Virus record (IMG/VR): IMGVR_UViG_3300016484_000628 | Span: 1-37,110 of that record | Source of the DNA: a virus | Lineage: Duplodnaviria; Caudoviricetes | DNA length: 37,110 nucleotides | Reading direction: 5' to 3' (one strand) | Part shown: positions 27,001-34,685 of the stretch, one piece after another | Layout: each line of letters opens with the position of its first letter | How positions within the stretch are numbered: position 1 is the first letter of the stretch | Translations under genes and position numbers: made by a program | Notes under the pieces: model-generated | Told to the model about the DNA's origin: nothing | Seen by the model: only the letters and a program-made list of their open reading frames with translations | Databases searched by the model: none

Positions 27001-28733
27001 GCGGCGTGCACGTCAACGGCGCCCCAGTGCAGCTGACCGACGCGCAGATCCAGCAGATGCGCGACATGCTGACGCCGGACGAGGCGCGGTACGTGCAGGG
27101 CTTGTGGGATGCGGTCAATTCCCTGTGGCCTGAAATTGCTGCGCTGCAGCGCGAGATGTCGGGCATCGTTCCGCCGAAGGTCGAGGCGGTGGCGTTTACT
27201 GTCAACGCGGCCAAGATCCGCGTCAACGGCGAGGCCGACGCTGCTGCGGGCACCGTCGCGGTGGAGATGCGCGGCGGCTACTGGCCGCTGGCCTACGACC
27301 ATTCGAAGTCCGAGATCGGCGAGCGGCAGGCCGACGACGACGCGCTGCGCGTCATGATGGGCGCCGGCTACACCCGGGCCACGACCCCGAAGGGGTACAC
27401 GAAGGAGCGCGTCGAGAAGGTGAACGCCCCGCTGCAGATGGATTTCGGCGCGGTGATGGCAAAGCACCTGGACAACGTGATGACGGACCTGGCGTACCGG
27501 AGGGCGGTCAAGGACACCGTGCGCCTGCTGCGCAACGCGCAGGTCAAGGACGCCATCATCTCGCGGCTGGGCAAGGGCGCCTACGACACCCTCAAGGGCG
27601 CGGTGGCCTATGCCGTGTCATCGGGCGAGATGGCCGGGCAGGCGGCGACGACCGCGCGCCGGATCGTCTCCACCGTGGTGGCCAATTCGGCGGTGTCGGC
27701 CCTGGCCATCCGGCCGGACATCGCGCTGGGCAACTACTCGTCGGCGCTGCTGCAGGCGCTCGACCGCGTGGGCGTGCGGTCGCTGATGCGCGGCTGGTGG
27801 ACCCTGCAGCGTGGCCGCGGTGACCTGACCGAGAAGATCACCTCGCTGTCCCCGTTCATGGCCCAGCGGCTTGCCGACATCGACTTCGAGTACCAGCAGG
27901 AGATCACCAAGGCGCAGGGCAAGCGCGGCTACGGCGAGGCGTACCGGCGCGTGGTAATGACCCTGCACCGGTGGGCGGACCATGACGTGACCCGGGCCGC
28001 GTGGTGGGGCCGCTACCAGGAGGCGCTGGCGGCCGGCGAGACGAGCGCGGAGGCCGTGCGCTTGGCCGACAAGCTGGTGCGCCAGACGCAGACCTCGAGC
28101 GCGCGCAAGGACGTGGCGGCGCTGGAACGCGACCCGGCGTTCCGCGAGTCCCGCATCTTCATGGGGCCGATGTTCGTCATCCTCGGCCGCCTGCGGGCCG
28201 CGGCGAAGGGCGAGGGCGCGACCCGCACCGTGGGCGCGCGCGCCGCGTCGCTCATGCTGCAGATGTTCCTGGCGCCGTCGGTGTTCATGCTGGCGGCCGG
28301 GCGCTGGCCGGAGGATGGCGACGACGATGACGAGGAGATCGGCCCGGGCGAGTGGGCGGCGTGGCTGGCCCGCAACACCCTGCTGTTCCCGCTGCAGGCC
28401 ATCCCGGTCGCGCGCGAGGTGGCCGGCGCCGTGGAGGCGTGGGCTACCGACCGGCCTATCAACCCGCGCGCGGCGCCGACCGCGCAGGCGATGGCCGGGC
28501 TGGTCAAGGCGTCCAAGTCCATCTCCGAGAACGTCGAGGACTACCAGGACACCGGCGAGCTGGACTGGTACGACATGACCCGGGACCTGGCGGCCGGCGC
28601 TGGTCCCCTGACCGGCATCCCCGCTGGCCAGATCCGGATCACCACCAAGACCATCCAGGCCATCCAGGACGACCCGGAGGCGGGCGCTGTGGACCTGACC
28701 CGCATGGCCATCTACGGCCCCCCGAAGCAGTAA
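21003..28733 (+). CDS. giant internal virion / polyvalent protein (2576 aa) with three ART-like modules and a zincin HExxH domain
   Basis: ATGA overlap with the previous gene; 'VYHGT..G.YFT', 'FHGT..YGWGMYFA', 'TIYRAVP..INPGDWVT..EWGY'; 'STFLHESAH' with HESAH at 25005-25019. Confidence 0.85.
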   Translation: MTNPYLENPQAAGTAPAAGAPSREQNPYLGLDDGIEPIATGPAALAAQQHNPDQYARAQQASRQLGVPADVLARNPEEMRKLEVQRTFEMTRQRNPELASWLAGDAANATLAQDDIPVLQRIADVISAPTRGVNQFTGGAVAGLGELWDAGAYGLANLFGGEEYARTQVKPGANPLIRAGDWIKRGGIQQYLPDRDPVLGLDMNMADPLPEGRTNILTDVGEGLGSLAGGAALSFINPGLGLASFAGAGADQQAQMAKDAGQYGTGEAYAAIAISAPIAAALEKTGLDKLLDRAPPGIKNKVVRYITDKLVAAGIEGTQEAAEQLAYNAIAQLTYNPDQDLVEGLGDNFTVGSAVGALARTLLGARYARTRSERDAETLDVMEQAAAASQLRQRDPARFEALVKQLAASGADTVFVNAEQAQTYFQSAALDPASVGIDTEQLSEAVALGGDIAIPMETWLTRVAPDHGAALRDWRRIGQAGYAPGELAAAEGEVDEAVERFLASVEEGGTSDNRVYQDVVGQLLGTGMDQPTAEKNAALMQSVFRSLASRSGRDAWQLYEQYGLRIIRQRPEAAAVLQRVPNIDATMDALLDRLEAGDIPTEAQVFGPTISEFLSAKGGIRDDVMTGELARLNENDRATRRGRPRLVRQDSPDALTLDYAREAAVEAGYLPEGADINDLLDALELDRRPDVPADSALANLRDALLSLDDELRALGLDPTSDRDEIRRRLFPAGEMDQSRALDQTETPEFKAWFGDSKVVDENGRPLVVYHGTSAWGGFDKFKVSARGELGPGVYFTNDPARASSYAKKGGDGAQVVPVFLSIQNPIVVSGYDAQKQILRTLYGSDSVYNRRSAKQAFSSRLITRYDINKAISLGYDGIAHTTGYETEYTAFRPEQIKSATANRGTFDASNPNILYQSAFHGTHAKGLTKFDLSKIGSGAGNQNYGWGMYFASKREVAEFYRQTTAASATDVVRVARAMGMDGVSAQDGPAIFNAAIGNGTAAEAARRMQARSSAMRVYEIGALTRLIARVRELNTGQTYQVEIPEDSDLADWDATLDQQSPKVREALESLIQMLDASSLESWNRKIPEAKTAGTLYTLLASSVEIQPGQDPNKVASEMLLAKGIPGLRYRDGTTNTDAARGSYNYVIWDDGAIDIVRTFYQSEQDYRIQHRAPTSESGAPLHSLTDNGYYPDDVYSRNGPRFYGTGDASKDAKAFRIVNAYKGEPDAPVTIYRAVPSDVDAGINPGDWVTIVREYAEDHGNSVFDGDYKIITKQVKASQIFTNGDSIQEWGYDDGSATLSQRTEDAIRRGFIQYTSDRKFTIGLTENADLSTFLHESAHFYLEVMGDIASDSLNAPQDLVDDYMAILRWLGVDSRADIGTEQHEQFARGFEAYLGEGRPPSAELAAPFARFKAWIKAIYKTLTSLNVTLTDEVRGVFDRMIAGDDAIARAEQAMSVEPLFKEAAAAGMSPTRFREYLRLQQAAHDEAEARVTAQAMREVRREAEAWWREERAKVQGEVEAETYALPVYQAWAALSRNRTPAGEDLPTPPVKLDKGWLVRKYGQAFLNKNLLRKSVYAVEGGIDGDMAAALFGFASGDDLVTALANAAPMKAAIKAETDARMRERYGDMRLDGSLPQRAMNAVHNSKRMKAIAADIALLEGLAGEPAMNPAQVRAWAEQKIAGTKIRMLTPYAYLRAERKFAREALRQAAAGNWKEALLAQRRRLAHAHLYDVAIKAREQFEKRTKWLAKQGKPKVQERLAKAGKGYREQINAVLAAVGLRRQDPTAERSPLRAFLDELQEAGDETAVSDRVVAMVDGGTVTELREMSVATFREVYEAARNLVHLAGQRNRLLADEDRTRFKDAVDQLVQRAEEMNPDRLPEELSRRDLGAVDRAADRVRRFASELDRPENIIEALDGGESGPWHRLFWQALNRAEDKAIELRRRVGSQLKALRKSMPSGFMASLDERVDLPFGATVSRGTLLGIVLNTGNAGNLQRLRDGGVHVNGAPVQLTDAQIQQMRDMLTPDEARYVQGLWDAVNSLWPEIAALQREMSGIVPPKVEAVAFTVNAAKIRVNGEADAAAGTVAVEMRGGYWPLAYDHSKSEIGERQADDDALRVMMGAGYTRATTPKGYTKERVEKVNAPLQMDFGAVMAKHLDNVMTDLAYRRAVKDTVRLLRNAQVKDAIISRLGKGAYDTLKGAVAYAVSSGEMAGQAATTARRIVSTVVANSAVSALAIRPDIALGNYSSALLQALDRVGVRSLMRGWWTLQRGRGDLTEKITSLSPFMAQRLADIDFEYQQEITKAQGKRGYGEAYRRVVMTLHRWADHDVTRAAWWGRYQEALAAGETSAEAVRLADKLVRQTQTSSARKDVAALERDPAFRESRIFMGPMFVILGRLRAAAKGEGATRTVGARAASLMLQMFLAPSVFMLAAGRWPEDGDDDDEEIGPGEWAAWLARNTLLFPLQAIPVAREVAGAVEAWATDRPINPRAAPTAQAMAGLVKASKSISENVEDYQDTGELDWYDMTRDLAAGAGPLTGIPAGQIRITTKTIQAIQDDPEAGAVDLTRMAIYGPPKQ

Positions 28734-28763
28734 ACTCCCGCCATCCCCAGGAGCCACCGTGCC

Positions 28764-30539
28764 ATGACCATCAACACCGACCTCGCGAAGGAAATCTACG
28801 ACGGCAACGGCGTCACTACCGCGTTCCCGTTCGGGTTCAAGGTGTTCGTCGATTCCGACCTCGAGGTGACGCTGATCGACGCAAACGGCGTGGAGACGCT
28901 GCAGGTGCTCAACACCGACTACACCGTGGACAACGCCGGGTTCGAGGCTGGCGGCTCGGTCACGTTCACGGACGCGCCTGCCGATGGCGTCACGGTGCTG
29001 ATCAAGTCGGCCGTGCCGTACACACAGCCGGCCGACTACAAGAACCAGGGCCGGTTCTTCCCGGAGACGCACGAGGACAGTTTCGATCGCGCGACGCGGC
29101 AGATCCTCCAGCTGAAAGAGCAGGCGGACCGATCGTTTTCAATCCCTGCCTACATCGAGGGCGTGTCGACGGACCTTCCGGCGCCTGAGGCGGGGACCGT
29201 CGTCGGCTGGGATGGCGACGGCACCGGGCTGCGCAACTACACTGCGTCGACCTTCGTGACCTCGGCGGCGTTCTCGAATTTCAAGGCGGATGTGTTCAAC
29301 CCGTCGGCCGCACAGACGCAGCTAACGCTCAGCGACGACGCAGGGGTGACGGCGAACCTGGACGTTTCGATTGACGGCATCGTGCAGGTCCCGGGTATCG
29401 ACTACACGCTGTCCGGCGCCACGGTGACGTTCACCACGCCGTTTGCAGGCACCGAGCGCGTTCTGATCCGCTATGGAACCGCGATCGCTCAGTCGATCAA
29501 CGCTGCCAGCGGGATTGAGTACACGCCTGTCGTCGGTTCCGGCACGACGGTGGAAGATGCGCTTGATCGTGTCGTCTACATGGATGGCGCGCAGACGATC
29601 ACTGGCGACAAGACGTTCGTGTTCAACCCGGCAACGGCTGGGTCGAGGCTGGAAATCCAGAAGGACGCATCGCCCGTCAACTACGCCGGCACGCGCGCCT
29701 CGCTGGTGTTCCAGCATCGCGACACCGCCGACGGCGGCAACAACGAGGGCATCCCTGCTGCCGTGTTCCTCAGCACGTGGGACGGTGACGGCGTGGTGAC
29801 GGCGTTGCCGAATTTCTCGGCGACCGTTGGCCAGGGCGTGCTGTTCGCTGCCGAAAAGTACGGCGACGGCTCCATGCACTCGGCAAGCTTCAAGGGCCAG
29901 CTGTGGGCTGGCGGCGCTGTGGGATACAACGAGCTTGCCTTGCAGTCCGGTGATGTCACCAACCGCGCGTCCATGAACGGCTATATCGCTGGCACCGAAT
30001 GGCTGCTCAAGGACGGCACTGGTGCTGGCACCTCTGGCGTGGACAATTTCCCGACGGCGCTTCAGGGCTTCGTCTCCCGCATCGCCAAGTGGAACTCTGC
30101 CGCCGCTCCGAATTATCCGTCCATCAACTTCCTCGCTTCGTCCGAGGGCACCGTCGCGCCGGATTCGATCCTCGGAATCAACAACGGCGGCCTCAAGCAG
30201 TGGAAGGTCGGTGTAGACCTGCGAAACGGCACGTACACGACCGGAGCTGCGATCGCCCTCCCGAACGCCGGATACCTGTTTACCAACGACACAGGCGGAA
30301 CCTCGCGCCTGTTCCTAGGCACCAACGCAGCCAACAGTAACGTCATCTACGCCAACGGTAACAGTGGGTACTTCCAGGTCGTGAACGGGCCTGGCACCAT
30401 CACGATGATCGAGTGCAACGACGTGATAGACGCGACCAACCCGATCCTGCTGTACGTCAACGGCGCGCTCAAGCGCGTCACCGTCGGCGCTGCTGATTCT
30501 GGCGGCGCTGGTTTCCGTTATCTCCGAGTCCCCAACTGA
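28764..30539 (+). CDS. tail fibre/tailspike with a T7 gp17-like N-terminal anchor
   Basis: 'Y.GNGVTT.FPF.FKV....L.V', 'YTQ......QG.FFPE.HE..FDR'; beta-rich, lower-GC C-terminal region. Confidence 0.85.
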   Translation: MTINTDLAKEIYDGNGVTTAFPFGFKVFVDSDLEVTLIDANGVETLQVLNTDYTVDNAGFEAGGSVTFTDAPADGVTVLIKSAVPYTQPADYKNQGRFFPETHEDSFDRATRQILQLKEQADRSFSIPAYIEGVSTDLPAPEAGTVVGWDGDGTGLRNYTASTFVTSAAFSNFKADVFNPSAAQTQLTLSDDAGVTANLDVSIDGIVQVPGIDYTLSGATVTFTTPFAGTERVLIRYGTAIAQSINAASGIEYTPVVGSGTTVEDALDRVVYMDGAQTITGDKTFVFNPATAGSRLEIQKDASPVNYAGTRASLVFQHRDTADGGNNEGIPAAVFLSTWDGDGVVTALPNFSATVGQGVLFAAEKYGDGSMHSASFKGQLWAGGAVGYNELALQSGDVTNRASMNGYIAGTEWLLKDGTGAGTSGVDNFPTALQGFVSRIAKWNSAAAPNYPSINFLASSEGTVAPDSILGINNGGLKQWKVGVDLRNGTYTTGAAIALPNAGYLFTNDTGGTSRLFLGTNAANSNVIYANGNSGYFQVVNGPGTITMIECNDVIDATNPILLYVNGALKRVTVGAADSGGAGFRYLRVPN

Positions 30540-30549
30540 GGATACTGCC

Positions 30550-30735
30550 GTGACCCCTGTCGCAGCCCGAAACGCACTTGCCTTCCTGCAGCGCATCAAT
30601 CTGACGCCGGCCGAGATCGGCCCATTCCTCGAGGTGCAGGTCGCACTGCAGGAGATTGCGAGCCCCAAGCCCAAGCCGGTGCAGGTTGATCCGATGCCGC
30701 GCGACGCGCAGCCCGAAACCGAATCCAACACCTAA
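30550..30735 (+). CDS. small protein, possible tail-fibre chaperone
   Basis: GAGGA RBS; directly follows the fibre gene. Confidence 0.55.
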   Translation: MTPVAARNALAFLQRINLTPAEIGPFLEVQVALQEIASPKPKPVQVDPMPRDAQPETESNT

Positions 30736-30754
30736 CGCCGGAGGTCGGCAATGT

Positions 30755-31285
30755 ATGGTCACGAAGGTCAAGCAAACGGGAATCACGGATCTGGCCGTTG
30801 GCCAGGCGCAGCTTGCGGCGAATAGCGTCACCGCCGCCAAGATCGTGGATGGCGCTGTTGGGGCGGCGGAGATCGACGCTGGCGCTGTCGGCGCGAGTGA
30901 AATTGCCGACGGTTCGATCGGCCTTGCGGACCTTTCCGCCGCGGCGACGCCTGCGTTCACCAAGGCATACACGTCGACCGGACAGGCCATCACTAGCGGC
31001 GGTACGCTGACGCTTGCCCACGGGCTTGCGGCCGCGCCGGCGCTCCTGCAGATCAGGCTCAAGTGCACGACTGGCGAGCACGGGTACAGCGTCAACGACG
31101 AGGTAATCGTCGCAGCTGGCGAGCAGCCATCGAACCGTGGCATGTCCGTGGTGTCGGACGCGACCAACGTGGTTATCCGCTACGGCAGCAATGCCAACGC
31201 GCTCAACATCAACGACAAGTCGTCTGGCGCGTCGGCGGCGATCACGAATGCAAACTGGCAGATGATCGTCCGCGCCTGGGCATGA
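30755..31285 (+). CDS. second tail-fibre-like protein with decapeptide repeats
   Basis: GGAGG RBS; repeated I/L-x-D/A-x-A/S-V-x-x-x-K/E units; C-terminal 'HGL...P', 'W....RAWA'. Confidence 0.7.
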   Translation: MVTKVKQTGITDLAVGQAQLAANSVTAAKIVDGAVGAAEIDAGAVGASEIADGSIGLADLSAAATPAFTKAYTSTGQAITSGGTLTLAHGLAAAPALLQIRLKCTTGEHGYSVNDEVIVAAGEQPSNRGMSVVSDATNVVIRYGSNANALNINDKSSGASAAITNANWQMIVRAWA

Positions 31286-31289
31286 ATCG

Positions 31290-31313
31290 CCGGGGCTAGG
31301 CGCCCCGGTTTTT
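31290..31313 (+). terminator. intrinsic terminator ending the late operon
   Basis: CCGGGGC-taggc-GCCCCGG-TTTTT at the convergence point. Confidence 0.75.
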
Positions 31314-31478
31314 CTCACGGCGCGCGCGCGCCTTCTGCACGATCTGGTGGATTCGCTGCGGGCATAGCCCGTGACGATCCCCGAGCTCGCGCAGACTCGG
31401 GGCATCGTCGGACTCGTATTCCGCGAGGATGCGCTCGTCGCGCGCGTTGTTGCGGGACTCCCAGTCTCGTCGGTTCAC
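31296..31478 (-). CDS. small HTH protein (sigma70 region-4-like)
   Basis: GTG after GAGGTG; 'RDERI......SLRELGDRHGLCPQRIHQIV'. Confidence 0.75.
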   Translation of the reverse strand: MNRRDWESRNNARDERILAEYESDDAPSLRELGDRHGLCPQRIHQIVQKARARREKNRGA

Positions 31479-31485
31479 GGGCACC

Positions 31486-32010
31486 TCACTTGCCGTTGGT
31501 GGCGTACTTCTTCTGTAGCCAGTCGATTGCGTCACCGGCGTCGGCAAGATTGCAGTCCGTGTTATCCAGGAAGTGAGCCACCACGTAGTCCAACGCGGCA
31601 AGCAGGGCCACGTCGGCCGGGGCGTCCACGAGCGTGATCGTCATGCTGAGCGGGTATGGGCGGCGCTCGTAGCCGGGCACGGGCGGCGTGCTGACGCCGA
31701 TGGATGCCGTGAAGTCGGGCGACACGGTGGCAGCCTGCTCGCGAAGGATGGTGTTCGGGAACTCCTCCTTCCGCGCGTGGGCGGCCGTCGTCGGAACCTC
31801 GCCGACTAGGTTCCATGCGTGCCCCTCGTTGAACCGGTCCCAGCGGCCGTCGCTCGTCCACCACTGGTCGATGAATTCATCCCCGTCCTTGTCGGTCAGT
31901 GTGCCGCCGAACGGGTAGCCTTCGGGCTGATTCGGGTTGAGCATGTTGATCACCACGGTCCCGCCGCTGGCAGTCCGGTACATCTTGCCCACTTCGATCT
32001 TGATGGTCAT
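31486..32010 (-). CDS. hypothetical protein
   Basis: GAGGA RBS; 'IEVGK.YRT..G..V.I....YP..G....W...G' phage domain. Confidence 0.75.
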   Translation of the reverse strand: MTIKIEVGKMYRTASGGTVVINMLNPNQPEGYPFGGTLTDKDGDEFIDQWWTSDGRWDRFNEGHAWNLVGEVPTTAAHARKEEFPNTILREQAATVSPDFTASIGVSTPPVPGYERRPYPLSMTITLVDAPADVALLAALDYVVAHFLDNTDCNLADAGDAIDWLQKKYATNGK

Positions 32011-32024
32011 GGTCGTGTCCTCGG

Positions 32025-32972
32025 TCAGAAGTCAGGGCCGTCGCCCACGGTGGCGGGCGAGGGGTCGTTCTCGGGCGCGGGGTCGGGCGCCGGCGCGGGC
32101 TTCTCGGCCGTGGCCGGCTTCGCCTTCACCGCCTCGTTGACCTTGCTGGCCACGCTCGACACCGGCTTCGCCTCGTCGCCGAACCAGTCGCTCGGCTTGG
32201 TCATGCCATCGCGCAGGGACTTGTAGATGCCGCGCAGGTCCACCAGCTCCTCGCCGGTCACCTCGTCCAGCTTCTTGCCCAAGCGCTTCTCGATCAGCTT
32301 GCCCGGCACGTCCAGCTTGGCGAACGCGGCCACCAGCGCGCGCACACGGTCGGCCAGCGGCACCTCGCTCTCGCCGCGCAGGGTGGCGCGGCAGCGCTCC
32401 ACGGCGGCGTCCACGAGGTCGCCGGGCAGGATGGCCAGGATGCGCGCGCGCATGCGCCTGGCGCCCATGTTGGCGCCGATCTCGTAGATGTCGCGCTCGT
32501 CGGTGAGGACCTGCTGGCCGCCGTTGCTGGCTTTCTTGTCGCGCAGGTGCTTCACCGTGAATTTCTGCGACGACACCGTGTTCGTCTCGAGGTCCCACGC
32601 GTAGGCGTCCATCTCGGACTCGCCGTCGCGGCGGGACAGTTCGCGCAGGCCGTAGTCGATGTTACCCCAGCAGCGGGCCAGCTCCTCGGCCATGCGGATG
32701 GACGGGCCGCTGACGGTCTGGCCGCCGCGCGGGTACGAGTAGATCGCCTCCTCGGCGAACGACGGGCGCGAGCAGGCGTCCATGACGCGCTGGAACGCCG
32801 CGGCCTGGTCGCGCGGGAAGCGCTTGGCGATCACCAGCTTGCCCTGAGCCTCGGCGACGGCGCGCTCCTGTTCGATGGCGACGGCGCCGGCGGAGACGTG
32901 CTGCGCCAGCGCGGTGCGCGCGAACGGGTTGGCCGACGGGCCGGCGGTGGTGGCGGGAAGGTTCGTGGTCAT
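32025..32972 (-). CDS. putative recombination partner (single-strand annealing-like) protein
   Basis: 'AKRFPRD', 'YSYPRGG..V.GPSIR.AE..AR.WGN'; acidic ...PDF tail; co-operonic with the RecE-like nuclease. Function inferred. Confidence 0.6.
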   Translation of the reverse strand: MTTNLPATTAGPSANPFARTALAQHVSAGAVAIEQERAVAEAQGKLVIAKRFPRDQAAAFQRVMDACSRPSFAEEAIYSYPRGGQTVSGPSIRMAEELARCWGNIDYGLRELSRRDGESEMDAYAWDLETNTVSSQKFTVKHLRDKKASNGGQQVLTDERDIYEIGANMGARRMRARILAILPGDLVDAAVERCRATLRGESEVPLADRVRALVAAFAKLDVPGKLIEKRLGKKLDEVTGEELVDLRGIYKSLRDGMTKPSDWFGDEAKPVSSVASKVNEAVKAKPATAEKPAPAPDPAPENDPSPATVGDGPDF

Positions 32973-32975
32973 GGG

Positions 32976-33245
32976 TCAGTTCCTTGCGATGATGTTGATG
33001 ATGGTGGTCACGACCATGTACGCCGCGAAGGCGAATCCGGAGATGGTGACGATGGCGAGCGGGATGATGTCGGCGAGGTGGAAGTTCCGCTCCTCCTTGC
33101 GGCTGCGCACGATCGCGACGATGCCGGGCAACCCGACGACGACCTTGGGGTATTCGGGAAATTCACCGGTGCGGCGGAAGATCTCCATCCGCTCCTCGGC
33201 GCACCTGCGGAAGATGCTCGCCTGCATGCTGGCCATCGAGCGCAT
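32976..33245 (-). CDS. small membrane protein
   Basis: GAGGAG RBS; C-terminal hydrophobic helix. Confidence 0.6.
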   Translation of the reverse strand: MRSMASMQASIFRRCAEERMEIFRRTGEFPEYPKVVVGLPGIVAIVRSRKEERNFHLADIIPLAIVTISGFAFAAYMVVTTIINIIARN

Positions 33246-33248
33246 GGA

Positions 33249-33482
33249 TTACTCCTCGTCGGTGGTCGGCGGGTTGGTGGGCTCGCCCTGCTGGGCGCCG
33301 GGCAGGCCCATGATGGCGACGCCGCGACGCCCAGCGTCGTAGATGTCGTCGGCGCTGGCGATGACGGCATCCGTCTCGTCGGCGAGGTGGCGGGTCACGA
33401 TGCGGCACGCGCCAGCCTTGGTCTTGGCCAGCACGTAGAACGTCAGGCCCAGCACGGTGACCTTGTGGATCTTGGACTTCAT
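33249..33482 (-). CDS. hypothetical protein
   Basis: AAGGAGG RBS; 'VLAKTKAGA..V..H' small phage protein. Confidence 0.7.
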   Translation of the reverse strand: MKSKIHKVTVLGLTFYVLAKTKAGACRIVTRHLADETDAVIASADDIYDAGRRGVAIMGLPGAQQGEPTNPPTTDEE

Positions 33483-33507
33483 GGGTTGTCCTCCTTCGGA
33501 CGATGGG

Positions 33508-34410
33508 TTAAGCCGCCCACTTGGGCAGCGAGAGGGGGGTGACGGTTTCGGGGTAGCAGGGCCATCTGTTGGTGGCCAGGCACTCGGCGTAAGTGTTGAG
33601 CGGGCGACGGTAGCGCGCGCGGCCGATGGCGCGGAAGTCGGCGTCGGGCTCGTACACCATGACGCCGTGCGGGTTGTCGCGCTCGAACGGGATCAGGAAC
33701 GTGGCATCCGGGCGGCCGACGCCAGACCATTCCAGCGCGTCCTCGCCCAGCGCGACCTGCCGGTTGTAGCCGTAGTTGTGGCACGAGCGCGCGAACGCGT
33801 CAGGGCGCGCGTCGTCGGTGGACTTGAAGTCCAGGTACACCGTCGCGCTGTCGACCTTGGCAAGGTAGTCGGGGCGCGTTTTCACGATGACGCCCGTCTC
33901 CGGGTCGACCGCAAAAACGGACTGCTCGGCGACACCCTTGCCGATCAGGTACGCGATGGTCGGGTGCGCGTGCACCGCGGCGGCGCAGCGCATGAACCGT
34001 TCGTACTCGTCGGCGGTGATGATCTCGCGGCCGGCGTTCTCGGCATCGAAGTGCGCCCACCAGTTGATCGCGAATACCGTGTCGGCCGACGGGTTCTTAG
34101 CGTTGAGCTGCGTGACGGACGGACGGCGCGGCGCGTCCTGGGGAACGACGACGTACCGCACGGCGAAGGTGTCGGGCTCGAGGATGGCCGTGTGCAGGGC
34201 CGTGCCGGCGCGCATGGCCGGTGTGGGCTCCTCGGGCTCGCGGTTTGGGTCCAGGTACTTGGCGTAGTAGTGCGCCGGGCTGCGCTCGACTAGGCCGAGG
34301 CCGGAGTTCGAGACGCCCGGGGCGGCGTGGTACTGCTCGTTGGAAAGGCCCGGGATGATGCCGGTAAGCAAGGGCTGGCAGGGCTCCTGCTCGGGCAAGT
34401 GTTCGGTCAT
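33508..34410 (-). CDS. PD-(D/E)XK exonuclease VIII (RecE C-terminal / DUF3799-like)
   Basis: 'SNEQYHA..GVS.SGL', 'GTALH..ILEP', 'K.RPD', 'DFKST', 'Y..Q.A'; ATG 34410 after AAGGGGA. Confidence 0.9.
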   Translation of the reverse strand: MTEHLPEQEPCQPLLTGIIPGLSNEQYHAAPGVSNSGLGLVERSPAHYYAKYLDPNREPEEPTPAMRAGTALHTAILEPDTFAVRYVVVPQDAPRRPSVTQLNAKNPSADTVFAINWWAHFDAENAGREIITADEYERFMRCAAAVHAHPTIAYLIGKGVAEQSVFAVDPETGVIVKTRPDYLAKVDSATVYLDFKSTDDARPDAFARSCHNYGYNRQVALGEDALEWSGVGRPDATFLIPFERDNPHGVMVYEPDADFRAIGRARYRRPLNTYAECLATNRWPCYPETVTPLSLPKWAA

Positions 34411-34442
34411 GGTGTTTCCCCTTGGTCCGCCGGCGGGGTGCC

Positions 34443-34486
34443 GTTGCGGTAACCGCAACACTAGACGGGCGGACGTGGGTTGTCAA
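34443..34486 (-). promoter_or_regulatory. leftward sigma70 promoter with operator O5
   Basis: TTGACA (34486-34481)-N17-TAGTGT (34463-34458); operator GTTGCG-gtaac-CGCAAC at 34443-34459 covers the -10/+1. Confidence 0.85.
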
Positions 34487-34508
34487 GGGGGGCGCTCGTG
34501 GGCATCAT
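34480..34508 (+). promoter_or_regulatory. putative rightward promoter overlapping the -35 of the leftward promoter
   Basis: TTGTCA-N17-CATCAT. Confidence 0.5.
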
Positions 34509-34514
34509 CGGGGC

Positions 34515-34680
34515 GCGTGCTGAGCAGGGCGCGCGACACCCAGCCGCAGGTGGTGGCTTCAAAAGTTCGGGGCGAACGGCGGCAGGCCCGGGCCGAGATC
34601 CTGCGTTGCAGGCGGGGATCAATGGGCTCCGATCGAATCGGCTGACGGGCTAGGGCCAGGGCGACCTGGCCCTTTCTTTT
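34515..34680 (+). ncRNA. candidate structured ~165-nt RNA (or leaderless 42-aa ORF 34517-34645)
   Basis: Lies between a putative promoter and a strong terminator; contains several hairpins. Confidence 0.45.
34652..34680 (+). terminator. intrinsic terminator
   Basis: AGGGCCAGG-gcga-CCTGGCCCT-TTCTTTT. Confidence 0.85.
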
Positions 34681-34685
34681 GGGGG

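Noticed and set aside
19069-29072. Long minus-strand and off-frame ORFs (e.g. 19069-21390, 20766-23312, 23487-25547, 25605-27467; likewise 14988-17495 and 2452-3924)
   Set aside because: Shadow ORFs expected from GC-rich codon bias opposite real genes; Arg/Ala/Pro-rich with no recognisable motifs or RBS.
28764-31285. BPP-1-type diversity-generating retroelement near the tail fibres
   Set aside because: No reverse transcriptase ORF and no TR/VR repeat pair seen.
34515-34650. Self-cleaving ribozyme or tRNA
   Set aside because: No hammerhead CUGANGA/GAAA core, no HDV-type element order and no T-loop/cloverleaf recognisable.
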